This document shows positions 39,457-53,207 of a DNA stretch of 64,000 nucleotides, one piece after another (positions within the stretch are counted from its first letter, which is position 1; each line of letters begins with the position of its first letter). Origin of the DNA: Octopus vulgaris (taxonomy: Eukaryota). The stretch is taken from the NCBI GenBank assembly GCA_951406725.2, contig OX597817.1, positions 122,946,001 through 123,010,000 of the forward strand. The letters are read 5' to 3'. Below the pieces are notes generated by a model that was not told where the DNA came from, did not search any database, and saw only the letters and a program-made list of their open reading frames with translations. The position numbers and the translations under genes are program-made.

Positions 39457-40972
39457 CACACACGCACACACACACATACACACACACACATACACACACA
39501 CAAACAAACAAACACACAAACCCCAGAAATAAGCGATAAAAGAAACATCATGAGTGTCAGTATTCCTATTCCCCACACTCGGAAGTCAATTAATTACATT
39601 GATGAATACCTTTAACTATTAAATATTAATAAATTGACCGTGTTTATTCCACATTAGGGCTTTGAGATAAATAAATATTCATCATTATCCAGGATTCTAT
39701 TCTGATTACTTCCTGTCATCTTCCTGTTATGCAATACCATGCAGCCTGGTTTTATTTTTAAGTTTTACACGTAATGAGAGAGAAAGACACATAGAAAAGG
39801 CATCTTCGTTAATTCATTCTTTTTCTACTTCATACCTTCTTCTCACTTCTTTTCTTTTCCTCTACTTCCCCCTCTTTTCTTCGCTCCCTTCGTCCTTAGG
39901 AACGAAGCCAACTTGATCGTTGTATTTAATTTCTTCTGTGTCATTGACTCGCTGCAGCTATAGCAAGTCTTTGCCTTACCGCATCGTCACAGAAGTGTGT
40001 AGACTTGAGATAAGAGCTTATAACTACTCTGAGCTTATGCGAGAAATTTCATAAAGCTGAAGGGCTGATTCACTATCAGAACGCTCATAACGACACGGTC
40101 ATGCATTGCTTCTACGCAATGAATTGACAGTTACAATGTTTGAAGGAAGTGAATAGAGACATAGAGAGAAGGGAGAGGACGTAGCATTGTTGTTGGCTAG
40201 CCCTGGGTCAACTCTGAGGGGACCTTTGGTTTAAAGCCTCCGTGTCGTAACTGTCATATAGTTTTAAAGGTGTTTATGATAACATCATCCTAAATTTAAC
40301 ATCAAGAATAATCTGAGGTTGTTTCGCAAAAGATTTAAATTGTTTGTGATTTGAGTCGTATCTGGCAATTAGTTTCTACACGTTGTGCGACTGCATAGAG
40401 ACTTCTTTCGTTGACTCGAGAGAGTGGGTGAGTCGGCGGGAAAGGAATGAAAGAGATAGAGAGCAACGAAGTTAAATATGTGAATGTATTTGACTTGCCA
40501 TGTTTGAATAATTCAATGTTAAGTGTTTCCATTATGTGACGTAACGAGAACAGGTCAATGACCCCATCCATCCCCTAGCCAATCCAAAGAGCAGAAAAAC
40601 AGAAAAGAGAAAGAAGGATAAACTTCCCACTTTCGTTTTAAGTGTTGCAGTCAAATATTATTTCTAAATAATCATTGAATAATACCTTTCTCAAATATTA
40701 GTGTATCAAAGTAAATATGTTACAGCAATATTAAAAGTGATATACGACAAAATATTTACATACTGTTAGGATAAACAGAGGAAAATGCTTCATATTTCAG
40801 AATCAAAAGTCTGACAAAAATAGCTACATTCGATAAACAGAATTTTACCATTCTCTCATATAACTAGAAGAACTAAAAACAAATTAACGTTTTGTTTAAC
40901 ATTGGGTCAATTCAATATTAACAAAAAGCTTAACGAAGGGAAAAGAATAATAAAGTACCTCTAGTAGAAAGG

Positions 40973-41022
<50 letters not shown>

Positions 41023-41029
41023 CATTATT

Positions 41030-41125
<96 letters not shown>

Positions 41126-43220
41126 GGTGTGTGTAATATTCTTCAGATCAACATTTACTCACTCGCGACTACTTCTATGCTTTGTCACTAACTCAGTTTT
41201 TAACCAAATTAGATGATGTTTACGTTTTTAGATTCGTCACATCCGAAGCTATATTTTCAGCTACAAAATTTGAAAATTGCTTTTGTAGAAAAAGTTTCAG
41301 TAAATTATGTGATGTCAAAAACGGGAGGATGAAGCATGAAATCGACTTTGACTTTAAAGCATGAAATCGACTTTAAAGAAACCAATATTTTAGTTTAGTT
41401 TATATGATAGATCTCGACGGGAGGAAGCTATCCATTTTATTTATATGCAACAAAATTCAGTAGAAAAAGTTCTCAGGTAAAAACCCGCGATAAACAAAAG
41501 GAGATTAACGCTTGAAATCGACTTTGACTACAAACATTTTTCTTATTTCAAAAGAAAACTATATTTAAATTCAAGCCACTAGATGAATCCGACGATGCCA
41601 ATTATATAACAAAAAATTGGAATAGAAAACTACTGAAGCCAATTGTGCCGAAAAAAATTCAAAACCTAATATTTTTACATCATAAGATAGAACTCATCAA
41701 GACGAGTGTCGCGGTGCTAATCTTTCCAAAAAATATCATTCACACACGGTAGTGTGTGAATAATATTCTTTAGGTCAACATTTCCTCACTCACGACCACA
41801 TCTAGGCTTTGTCACCAACTTACTTTTTAACCAGATTAGATGATGCTTACATTTTACGATTATTCACATCATAAGCTACATTTCAAGCTAAATCGTTTGA
41901 AAATTAGTTCCGTAGAAAAATAGTTTGAGTCATATATATGAGGCCACAGACGAGAGAGTAACGCCTGAAATCAACTTTCAGAAATATTTTTTGAAAAATA
42001 AATGTATATTTTATTTTGGCTTAGATGATAGATCTCGACGATAGGAATCTATCCATGTTAGTTATATGCAAAAATATTCAATAAGAAAAAAGTACTGAGG
42101 TAAAAACTGGCAAAAAAAAAAAGAAGATTTACGCCTCAGATCGACTTTGATTCCAAATATTATTCTTCTTTCAAAAGAAAACTATAGTTAAATTTAACTT
42201 TTCTCATAGATCTCCACTACAGGAACTCCATGATGCTAATTACATCAAAAACAAATTTAAAAAGAAAAAAAACTACCGGGGCCAAATATGCCGAAAACAG
42301 TGGTAACGTCTAAAAGCAAATTCTAAACCTAAACATTTTGTTTTTGTGTAAAAATTTTGTTTTTGTTTAGCTCATATGATAGAGCTCATCAAGATGAGTG
42401 TCTTGGGGGCTAATCTTCTCAAAAACATATTCAAAACGAAAAAGTTATTTTATAAGCTAAATGTACCAAAAGTAAGTAAAACAATTTTCAAGTAATATTA
42501 TTACTTATTCTTTTCTACTCTAGGCACAAGGCCCAAAATTTTTGGGGAGGCGGGAGACAATTAGACCGACCCCAGTACGCGACTGGTACTTAATTTACGG
42601 ACCCGAAAAAGATCAAAGGCAAAGTCGACCTCGGCGGAATTTGAATTCAGAACGTAAAAACAGACGAAATACCTATTTCTTTACTAACCACAAGGGGCTT
42701 AAACACAGAGGGGACAAACGGATTAAGTCGATTACATTGACCCCCCAGTCCGTAACTGGTACTTAATTTATCGACCCCGAAAGGAGGAAAGGTATTACAG
42801 TTCTAAGACGACGAGCTGCAGAGCCGTTAACAGGCAGGGTGAAAGCTTGACGGCATTTCGTTTGTCTCTACATTCTGAGTTCAAATCCCAACAAAGTCGT
42901 CTTCGCCTTTTATCTTTTGTGTACTCCATAAAATGAGTATCAGCTGTGCACTGAGGTTGATATAATCCGTTTAGATTTGATGGCCTTCTGCTAAAATCGG
43001 AGATCAATATTGCAAAATGCTTGATCCAATTCAGTATTTAGATATCTTGCAAAGATCTACCTCATATTCATAGAATACACAATATTATAATAAATATCAT
43101 TCGCACATGGCAGTGTGTGAATAATATTCTTAAGGTCAACCTTTACTCGCGACCACTTCTACGCTTTGTCACTAATTCAGGTTTTTACCAAGTTTGATGA
43201 TGTTTATACATTTTTAGATT
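41126..43220. repeat. ~625-bp unclassified repeat: two tandem units plus a partial third
   Basis: GTGTG..TAATATTCTT.AG.TCAAC.TTT.CTC..GAC.AC.TCTA.GCTTTGTCAC at ~41126, ~41751 and ~43112; junction hairpin at 41738-41761. Confidence 0.8.
42508..42793 (-). mobile_element. SINE family A dimer (5' truncated)
   Basis: A tail 2 unit plus a tail 1 unit. Confidence 0.85.
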
Positions 43221-43361
43221 GGTTGAGTTGGCAGAATCGTTAGCACAGCGGGCGAAATGCTTTACATTCTGAGTTCGAATTCCGCCGAAGTCGACTTTGC
43301 CTTTCATCCTTTCGGAGTCGATAAATTAAGTACCAGTTACCTTCTGGGATCTTTTAAATGT

Positions 43362-43699
43362 GAAGGCGCATGGCTCAGTGGTTAGAGCGTCGAGCTTACG
43401 ATCGTGAGGTTGTGAGCTCGAATCCCGGACCGGGCTGCGTGTTGTGTTCTTGAGCAAAACACTTTATTTCACATTGCTCCAGTTCACTCAGCTGTAGAAA
43501 TGAGTTGCGACGTCACTGGTGCCAAGCTGTATCGACCTTTGTCTTTCCCTTGGATAACACTGGTGGCGTGGAGAGGGGAGGCTGGCATGCATGGGCGACT
43601 GCTGGTCTTCCATAAACAACCTTGCCCGGACTTGTGTCTAGGAGGGTAACTTTCTAGGTGCAATCCCATGGTCATTCATGACCGAAGGGGGTCTTTACC
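43362..43699 (+). mobile_element. SINE family D (tRNA head similar to family C, distinct body)
   Basis: GAAGGCGCATGGCTCAGTGGTTAGAGCG..GCTCGAATCCC (A/B boxes); nested after a SINE A fragment at 43222-43350. Confidence 0.8.
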
Positions 43700-45662
43700 A
43701 CATAAGTAACGTTTTGAGTTACAAAATTTTAAATTTGGTTCAGTGGCAAAAAAGGTTGAGATTTCAAATATGTGAAGTCAAAAAAGTATGACTGGATTTT
43801 CAAAGTATCAGGATTCAGAATTTTTAAATTTTAAGGCAAGTTGACAAGAACAGTAACTGAACTGCAGGCTTTATTTTGCATGAATTTCGACTAACAAACT
43901 ATCTTTGCCCTGACAAGGGTAGGTGGCTCCTCCTGCTTGACGGTGGATGCATTGGCTATTTTTGCTTTTTTAAAACCATTTTTATATTATCCAATGCAAT
44001 GAAACCCCGTACAGTTCTTCCTTTTAGAATGTTCAATAGACTATTGAAAAGGTTGCAAGACGCAACGAAAATTTAATAAGAAATTTTACCGGTGTGTGTG
44101 TTAAGTTATAAGGCACAAAAAGAAAATGACTCTCCCCAGACACAACAGAATATACTTCAACACACGAACTCATATAAAGAATCTTGCAAACCAAATCCAA
44201 AAACGAAAAATAATGTGTCTATTAATAATTTACGATTTTGCCTTATACTATACTGGAAGATAATATTTAAATTTTTCCATGTAAGTGATGATAATATTTC
44301 ATGTTTTTTATGTTTAATTGAAATATTTGTTGTTATTGAATTATTTGATATTACCCATCCACATCAAATTAATGTTGTTGGTTGCACCATGGCTCACCAA
44401 AAGTTACAAACAACAAGACCCCCAAAATATCAGTTATCAGGCTCACCTTAAGTAACCTAATTTTGCAATATTAGGAGGTCACAGGAATCCATTCAACGAA
44501 AAAAATTCCAATGATTCCAGAATTGTGGAGGGCCTCCACCTCATTTTTTCGAACCAAAACAAGGGATTTGCAGCATATTAGGAGGTCAGGGTACTTGATT
44601 CCACGCAAAAAATCAAATTTTTTGGTTATTTTTTTCTTAGTGAAAATCGTGCGGGTGATAATGTAGTGTTGTTATTTAGCCTCAAATCAACCCTGATACT
44701 GCAAACCTATCATTAAAGACATTCAATCCGTCAGCAAGCCGTCTTTTTAGGGATAATCTAAGATATTACATACAATGGGCGTGTGATTTAGGTAGTGGGA
44801 TACATTGGCTGCTACTTTTAGCGTGCCACGCGACCAGGTAGAAGCTCTTTCATTGGTTCGATTGCGTGATGAGATTTTTTTTATACACATATGTAATATG
44901 TATATATCTCCTCGGCAGAAATTAGGGAGTAAGTAAAAAATTGAGAGCTTTGTGTATTGGCATTTATCAAACAGGAATTTGTCCATTGTCAGTATATAAC
45001 TTTTGACGAAATAACTTCTAAAATACAAAATTTTGTCAAAAACCTTAAGAAGAAACACCGTTCTATGTGATAAATTCTACCAGTATCGGAAGTTTGAAAG
45101 TGTTTAGTTAAAACAAAAATTAAATAATCTGTACGTGAAAGTCGACCTCGGCGAAATTTGAACTCAAGACTTAGAGAAGCACGAAATACCGATAAACAGC
45201 TCACCCGGCGTGCTAACGTTTCCGCCAGCTATCCGCGTTTAAAAGTGCAACTTCATTTTAGTATTATATTCTTTCTTCTCATTGCTTGGGCGTTATTCAC
45301 TTACTGACATGAAATTTTGTAACATTTCACCTCATAACTTTTCTCTACTAATTTTTGTTCAATGCGACTAACGATTCTGAATAACATGCATTTTTCTGTC
45401 ATTTAAGCCTAAGAAAAGTATACTTTTATTTTAAAGATGAAGATGAATATTTGCCTTACTGCTCCCCTCGAGGTCGCAGATATTTTGATGTAACTTTTAT
45501 TCTACTGAACCAAATTTCAAATTATTTAAGCCAAAGTGTAGCTGAGGATGTGTCCTCTTTAAAACTATTATCAATGTGCAATTTAGTTGAGAATTGAATT
45601 AGTAGTGAAGCTTGGAAGCTGCTGCGATTGACGAAATGGCGGACTTTAGAATATATTCAACC

Positions 45663-46336
45663 AGTACCGTGGTCGAATGATTACATCTCGAAAAGTACAG
45701 AACAAGATTTCTACATTAGGATTTGCCTAATTCGTCACCTCTTTAGAGGTAACTAAAATGTACTTCTTCTGTATTTAAAATATTGCAGCTGATAATAACA
45801 TTTCAAAAATTAAAATACATTATATGAGGTAAATTTGAGAAAATTTATTTTATTTATTATGAAAATCTAAAAAACAAGTAAATCTTCAAAAACATGGTAC
45901 AAAAATCGTCACTTTCAATTTTCTCCTGGAGATGACTAATAAGGCGAAATCCACAATATCTTTAAAAAAATTAAGTTTATTTTATTTCATTTTTTAAAAT
46001 ACTGCTTTTTCCAAAAATAAGCCCATAGGCTTAAATACAGACTGAAATAATTTTGCTTAAATAATTTTTTTCCTATGCGTAATAAAAATTACTGGGGCTA
46101 TAAAGGAAAAGAGTTGGGCATAAAATAAAATAGGATGGGCTTATTTCTGAAAAATCCCATGAATTTTTGTTTTAATAAAATATAGTAAATTTTTTAAATG
46201 TTATTCTCGATTGCAATACTGTAGTAGAATTTTAATTTTAAGTACTTTTTAGTTTCTTCAGAGGTGACAAATTAGGAAAATTCTACTGTAGAAATCTTGT
46301 TCTGTACTTTTTCAGGTGTAATAACTTCAGAGTACT
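45663..46336. mobile_element. MITE-like element with ~90-bp inverted termini
   Basis: ATTACA.CT.GAAAAGTACAGAACAAGATTTCTACA.TAG.ATTT.CCTAATT.GTCACCTCT and its reverse complement at 46240-46322; inner inverted pair at 46006-46026/46135-46154. Confidence 0.85.
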
Positions 46337-46365
46337 AACATGCATGCGCGTGCATTCTTTATTGT

Positions 46366-46550
<185 letters not shown>

Positions 46551-46792
46551 ACATATCTGTCTGTCTCTCTCTATATATATGTAGATATATATATATATAT
46601 GTAGATATATATATGTATATGACCTTGTCGACACCTGACGCGTAGTACACCGTGTGCCTATTCAAGCAACATCGATTTGATGGAGAGAGTGAGCTAATGT
46701 ACAGGACATTCATTTGATCACTATAAACAAATCATTTGCGCAGGTCTTTCGGCAAGAGCTGAATACCCATGCGTTGTCTTCGATTGGAGAGT

Positions 46793-46834
<42 letters not shown>

Positions 46835-48035
46835 CACCCACCCACACACACATACAAAAATGCATAGCTTGATGCACACACGCACACACACATACATGTC
46901 TTGTTAGTGCTGTTTTGGAACTTCGAGCCGTAGTTTATTCAACATCTATTCGATAAAAGCTCTGAGGTGATAGTCGAAGAACCAATCAACTGGCACACAA
47001 GTAATTAATTTGGTTCCCCGATCGGTATAAAGTCCCAGAATCAGTAAATATTTTATCCTGTATAACTTATTTTGAGTAACAACTATAACTATTACGCACA
47101 CACACACACACAAGCGTACGCACACACAAGCGTACGCACACATAAGCGTACGCACACAAGCGTACGCACATGCACGTTTACAGAAAGTGAAAGTAGAAGT
47201 CTGAAAGAAAGTGACAACTAGAAAGAGACAACATAGATAGAGAGAGATGAGTTATTCCTAATATTTTGTGTTATCCAATCGTTGTTGTTTATGTTACAAT
47301 TTCTGCGTTATATTTTATGGACTGAATATTCAGAGATTCTGCTATTTGCCTTCAGTGCTAGAACTAAACAGTGCTATAAATTGCAATTCGGACGATGGCA
47401 TCACTTTAATAACCTACCGAAAAATCATAAGAAATCTGCATGGAATACATGCTAACATTTTCAAATGACACTTGGAAATTATATAACATAAAGTCCCAAA
47501 TGACCATATATCATTGCGAGAAATGCAAATTCAAGATCAGCCGTGAATTTCCTCATTCACCAAACACCAAGAAATAAGTTAAAGGCTGTTACAGGATTGA
47601 TGGAGATTCCACAATATGGATACAACCTCAGTAGATGGAACAAGTGAGAAAGTATATTCTTAGACTGCCTAGAGATTCTCTAATTTTTCATTCATGTATG
47701 CACACGCGCACACATACGTACATCCTGAATTCGATATTCAATATGTTACATAATCCCTATGGATAAATCCAGAAAACTGAAAACTTCTACAACACATATT
47801 TCTCAATAATTGTTCTCCCTTTATGTACATGTGTGTGTGCATGTGTGTGCGTCTGTGTGTATGCGTCTGTGTGTGTGTGTTGGTTTATAATTCATGCATA
47901 TTGATGAATGCAGATATATCTCTATATGATTATAAAGTTTAGTGTATATGCACACACGTATATGAATATAAATATAAATATGTATGTACACATATGAATA
48001 CTACATATATGTATATACACCTATACATATGTATA

Positions 48036-48083
<48 letters not shown>

Positions 48084-48192
48084 CATACATACATACATAC
48101 ATACATACACATATGCATACCTATATATGCATGTGTGCGAGTCTGCGTATGTGTGTGTGAGTGTATACATGTGTACGGGTCTGTATTATCTG

Positions 48193-48405
48193 TGTAGTAA
48201 GAAGCTTGCTTTCCAACCACATGGTCCCGGGTTCAGTCCCACTGCATGACATCTTGAGAAAGTGTCTTCTACTATAGCCTCGGGCCGACCGCAGCCTTTT
48301 GAGTGGATTAAGTAGACAGAAACTGAAAAAAGCCCGTCGTATATATATGTATGTACTTGTGTGTCCAACATGGCCGCAGTCAAATGACTGAAACAAGTAA
48401 AAGAA
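48193..48405 (+). mobile_element. SINE family B, internally deleted
   Basis: Head and core joined to CATGGCCGCAGTCAAATGACTGAAACAAGTAAAAGA. Confidence 0.85.
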
Positions 48406-48418
48406 TATCTATCTATCA

Positions 48419-48482
<64 letters not shown>

Positions 48483-48496
48483 CTCTCTCTCTCTCT

Positions 48497-48558
<62 letters not shown>

Positions 48559-49024
48559 CATACATATGTATGTATACATATATATATATATATATGTATA
48601 TGTGTGTGTATGTGTGTGTATGTGTGTATGTATGTGTGTGAGTGTGTAGAAAAGAATTTTTCCTGTCAAACATGCTTGGCTGAGAACAGTGCCATGTTTT
48701 CTGTAAAATTTATCACTTCTTGAATTAGTGATAGAAACTATTTATTATTCTCACCGTTATGCTTTAAGCGGCAAGACATCAGGAAAATGATGTTGCAACT
48801 GATAAAATCATCATCGAATTAAAGATTTGCTTTGCTGTCAATGTCAAGTTATTTTCCGTGATAAGTAACTGACCTTAGATTATTTAATAGGTATTGTATC
48901 TATTGGGAGAAAAAGTCGAGAACACTCTATTGACTTACAAATATTTTCGTATCCAACTGAACGCAAAGCACAAATGTGAATATATGAAAATGTAAGGCCT
49001 TGTGTCTAGAGTAGAAAAGAATAT

Positions 49025-49244
49025 ATCTCTTTATCTCTTTACTTGCTTCAGTCTTTTGACTGCGGCCACGCTGGAGCACCACCTTTAGTCGAGCAAATGG
49101 ACCCCAGGACTTATTCTTTGGAAGCCTAGTACTTATTCTATCAGCTCCTTTTACCGAACCGCTAATTTACGGGGACGTAAACACACCCTCATTGGTTGTC
49201 AAACGATGTTGGGGGGACAAACACAGACACACAAACATACATGC

Positions 49245-49295
<51 letters not shown>

Positions 49296-49460
49296 TACGA
49301 TGTTTCTTTCAGTGTCCGTCTACCAAACCCACTCACAAGGCTTTGGTCAGCCCGAGGCTATGATAGAAGGTACTTGCCCAAGTTACCAAGTAATGGGAAT
49401 GAACCCGGAACCACGTAGTTGGTAAGCAAGCTGCTTACCACACAGCCACTCCTGCATCTA
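49025..49460 (-). mobile_element. SINE family B, full length
   Basis: Family match throughout. Confidence 0.9.
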
Positions 49461-50260
49461 TATGAAAATGTATTTATAAAATTATAAAGCTCGTGCATAA
49501 TTGAGTCTTTGTTCTAACATACAGATACAAGCACTGATATATGTGTATACCTACTTAAATATATATGTAAGAATGCACAATGTAAGAGCGCACCTTAGAA
49601 GCAAGTCTGATGAAGTGTCACTCTAATGCTAGAAACTACGAATATTACGTAAGTTTTCATTTCGAAATTTTTGCGTAGTATGGCCTTGGAAGCAGAGTTG
49701 TTACAGAAATAATTGTGGATTTACTCTTCCTTAAATCCACACAACGATTTTACCGTCGTGAAATCAGTATTTTCTGCATCTGAAGAAGTTCGGTATTGGC
49801 CTGGAGTCCGACAGCATTGATAGCTCAAAACACGGGTTGAGTGCTGCTACCAGGACCTACCAGGTCCTGGTAAAGGTAGAGTAATGAACACTGGTGAAAT
49901 ATTGTCTTTGACAAGAGAAAAGATAGAAGAGAGGATAGATAGGAATACAGGAAGGGCGGCTAAGGCTTCTATTCGTTTTCACTGTCCTACCAGGACCTCA
50001 AGGAAAATTCTTTAACGGGTCTTTAAATATGAATTACAAATGTTTCCGTAACATCTCCATTTGCAACATTGGATTATTTACTCTTCGCGAAAAACATGTC
50101 ACAATATAATCGCTGTGAAACATGGATTTCCTACACCCGTAGCATTCTGGGTTTGACTTGGATCCCGACAGTGTTGTTAACTCAGTGTTAGGCTCGAGTG
50201 CTTCTCTGGAAATGCCCCAACTTCACACCCAGCCTGGCCTTAGCCATTTGCTTTCTCTCT

Positions 50261-50403
<143 letters not shown>

Positions 50404-50469
50404 AATAAATAAAACATATGCATATATACATACATATATGTACGTACCTACCGCTACATGTATATATAC

Positions 50470-50850
50470 ATGCATATATGGGTACAGGACACCAAAAAAA
50501 AAAACGTCGAACACAATGAGAAACAAAACCATAAATACAAAACCAAGGAAATGGACATTTTTCTTAAACAACGAAAAAATAGAGTACCGGACATACAAAA
50601 CAAGGAAAATTCCCCTTCTTCAGTCGCCTTTGTTTCATCTACTCCACGCATACATACATATATATATATGTATATAGATATGCATATGTAGGTACGGGAC
50701 GTCACAAAACGTGAACAACATCAAATACGAAAACAGAGTTGGGTACGCAGACAACGAGAGAAACAAATGGAAAACAAGACAAGCAACATAAAGAAAGACC
50801 CTTCATCAGTTGTCGGCTGTCCTTCTACCACTGATTTTGAGCATTCCCAA
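50470..50850 (-). mobile_element. Two truncated relatives of the 51.1-51.8 kb element in (TA)n
   Basis: Minus strand carries GGCGA-CTGAAGA-AGGGG (~50612-50628) and CCGACAA-CTGATGA-AGGGTC (~50797-50816). Confidence 0.7.
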
Positions 50851-50893
50851 GTAAGTTTATTTTCACACCGAACCTGTCCTTAGCTATTTGCTC

Positions 50894-50930
<37 letters not shown>

Positions 50931-50954
50931 GCATATGCCTATAAATATATATAC

Positions 50955-50986
<32 letters not shown>

Positions 50987-51259
50987 GTGTGTGTGTGTAT
51001 ATATATATGTGTGTATGTATATATATGTGTATGTGTATATATATATATATATATATACATATATATACATACACACACATATATATATACATACATGTAT
51101 GTACATACATATATATGTATACATATATGCATATATGGGTATAGGACGTCACAAAATATAAGCATGAAATACGAAAACAACAGGAAATACAAAGGTAAAC
51201 TTGGGTATGCGAACAACAAAAGACACAAATGGAAAACAAGACAAGTAACATAAAGAAAG

Positions 51260-51323
51260 ACCCTTCATCAGTTGTCGGTTGTTCATCTATTCCCCATTTC
51301 GAGCAGTTAACGACAATACGAGG
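51260..51323 (-). ncRNA. Candidate non-circularly permuted hammerhead ribozyme
   Basis: CCTCG-TA-TTGTCG / TTAACT / GCTC-GAAA-TGGGG / 14 nt / CGACAA-CTGATGA-A-GGGT. Confidence 0.65.
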
Positions 51324-51643
51324 CTTCGAAAAACAGTTGCTTCCGCGAGATTTGCGGAGGGTCAAATTTGGTAACAAAAACAGGACAGCGGTGACATACA
51401 AGGAAACTGGACGAAAACAAACATGGAGAGTTGATAAACCAGACAAGGTAGATTAATGAACGCTGGAAAAATATTGTCTTTGACAACAGAAAAGATAGAA
51501 GAGAAGATAGATAGGAATACAGGAAGGAATGCTAAGGCTTCTGTTTGTTTTCACTGTCCTGTTTGTGTTACCTATTTTGACCCTCCACAAAACTCCCAAA
51601 TTTTATTTAATTTGCTTTGCGGGAGCAACTGTTTTATCGAAAG

Positions 51644-51708
51644 CGTATATTGTTGTTAAATGCTCGAAATACGAGACTAGAAAAACAGCCAACAACTGAG
51701 GAAGGGTC
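51644..51708 (+). ncRNA. Candidate non-circularly permuted hammerhead ribozyme
   Basis: CGTA-TA-TTGTTG / TTAAAT / GCTC-GAAA-TACG / 16 nt / CAACAA-CTGAGGA-A-GGGT. Confidence 0.65.
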
Positions 51709-52505
51709 TTTCTTTATGATGTTTGTATTGTTTTCTATTTGTGTCTTTCGTTGTTCCATGTACTCGTGCTTTGTATTTTTTGTTGTACGCGTTTCATGAC
51801 GTTCTGTGCCCACATATGCTTAAATATATATATATATATATATATCTTTATATATACGTATAGATGTAAGTATGTACATATATGTATGTATATATGCATA
51901 TAAATAATACATATTATTTATATTATTTGATTGAACGCCACGCCTTCATTTCCAGGTAAGTTTAATTATGTGTGTGTGTGTATGTGTGTGTGTGTGCATA
52001 TATATACATGTTCGTTTGAAGGTAAGACGGAGTCTTATACGTATGCCTGTATGTATACGTATAGCATTAGAGCAATGACATAGACTAATATTCATACTGA
52101 TTCATGTACGTGTGATTATTTCTTCTTTTCAGCTTTTCTAAATGAATTACAGGTCCAAACTATTCCAGTGGATGCGGCAGTTTACTTTCTGAACTTGCAA
52201 GTGTGCCAAGTTATAGGAGTCCAGTTTTTCTTGTTTGGACAACTTCTGTTGTGTAGAAATCACGATATTTGCAGTTTGTGTAAACACGGAGTAAAGAAGA
52301 AAATTGTGAATAATACGTAGACAAGTTAGTGAAATGATACAAGAGTTGTCAATTATTGACGCAGAATATATCTGTTTCAGTAGAAAACTTTATAATTGCT
52401 GTTTATGCACAGGTTTTCCATGATCGAATGGACTTCAGTTGAATGCTTTCCAGCTCTTAATAGATACATATCTGAAAGCCTGCATCATTTACCGTTGACC
52501 ATGTT

Positions 52506-52573
<68 letters not shown>

Positions 52574-53207
52574 GCGTATATATATATTTTATGATTACCC
52601 GTCATTCAAAGATGAGGATTCAGTTGTTCGTTCAAGCGAAACACCAAGCAAGTTTCATACAGATGCGCATCCTTATCCTAATTAAAAGTTAGAATCTGCG
52701 ACACAAAGTAACAAGACTGTCTCCATTAACTATGTAAGTCCTAATAATTAAATAAATAAATAAATAAATAACGAAATATGGTGCCTCTACGTGGTCACTC
52801 AGCCTGCTAGTAGTAGTTGTCAAATCTTTCGCAAGTCATAGTTTACCATCTTAAAAAAGGATTAGCATGTAAGATAATGTAGTCCTGAGTGGAGTGCTTG
52901 AAGAAAAAGAAAGGATAGCCATAGAATGCCTTAGCACTTTAACATTTAAACTGGTCATATCCGGTCCAGATATTCTACCTGTTTTATGTTCAACCAACCA
53001 GATCCAGCTTCTCACACCTATCCTTCAATGTCATTCTACAAATAAGCAACAACATCCTCAAAATCTCAAAGCTATGATTTAAATGTATAATTAATTGAAA
53101 ACTGTGTGATTAAATATGCATTACATTTGTAGAATAATCTGACTACTGAAGGGTTAAATTAACGATATAATCGATACTTCTGGTCGTGCTGATATTGCTG
53201 GCAAGCA

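Larger units (their letters stand above)
51125..51825. mobile_element. ~700-bp fold-back element in (TA)n with a permuted hammerhead motif in each arm
   Basis: Imperfect inverted arms ~51125-51390 and ~51553-51825 with a ~160-bp spacer. Confidence 0.8.

Noticed and set aside
43362-43435. SINE heads as tRNA genes
   Set aside because: A/B boxes are present, but the sequence continues into SINE bodies with no proper acceptor stem.
43720-44660. Possible CAC-ended DNA transposon fragment
   Set aside because: Only one apparent terminus and no recognisable transposase motif.
49603-49665. CTGATGA..GAAA as a hammerhead
   Set aside because: Partial stems II and III, but no stem I in register with a UH site.
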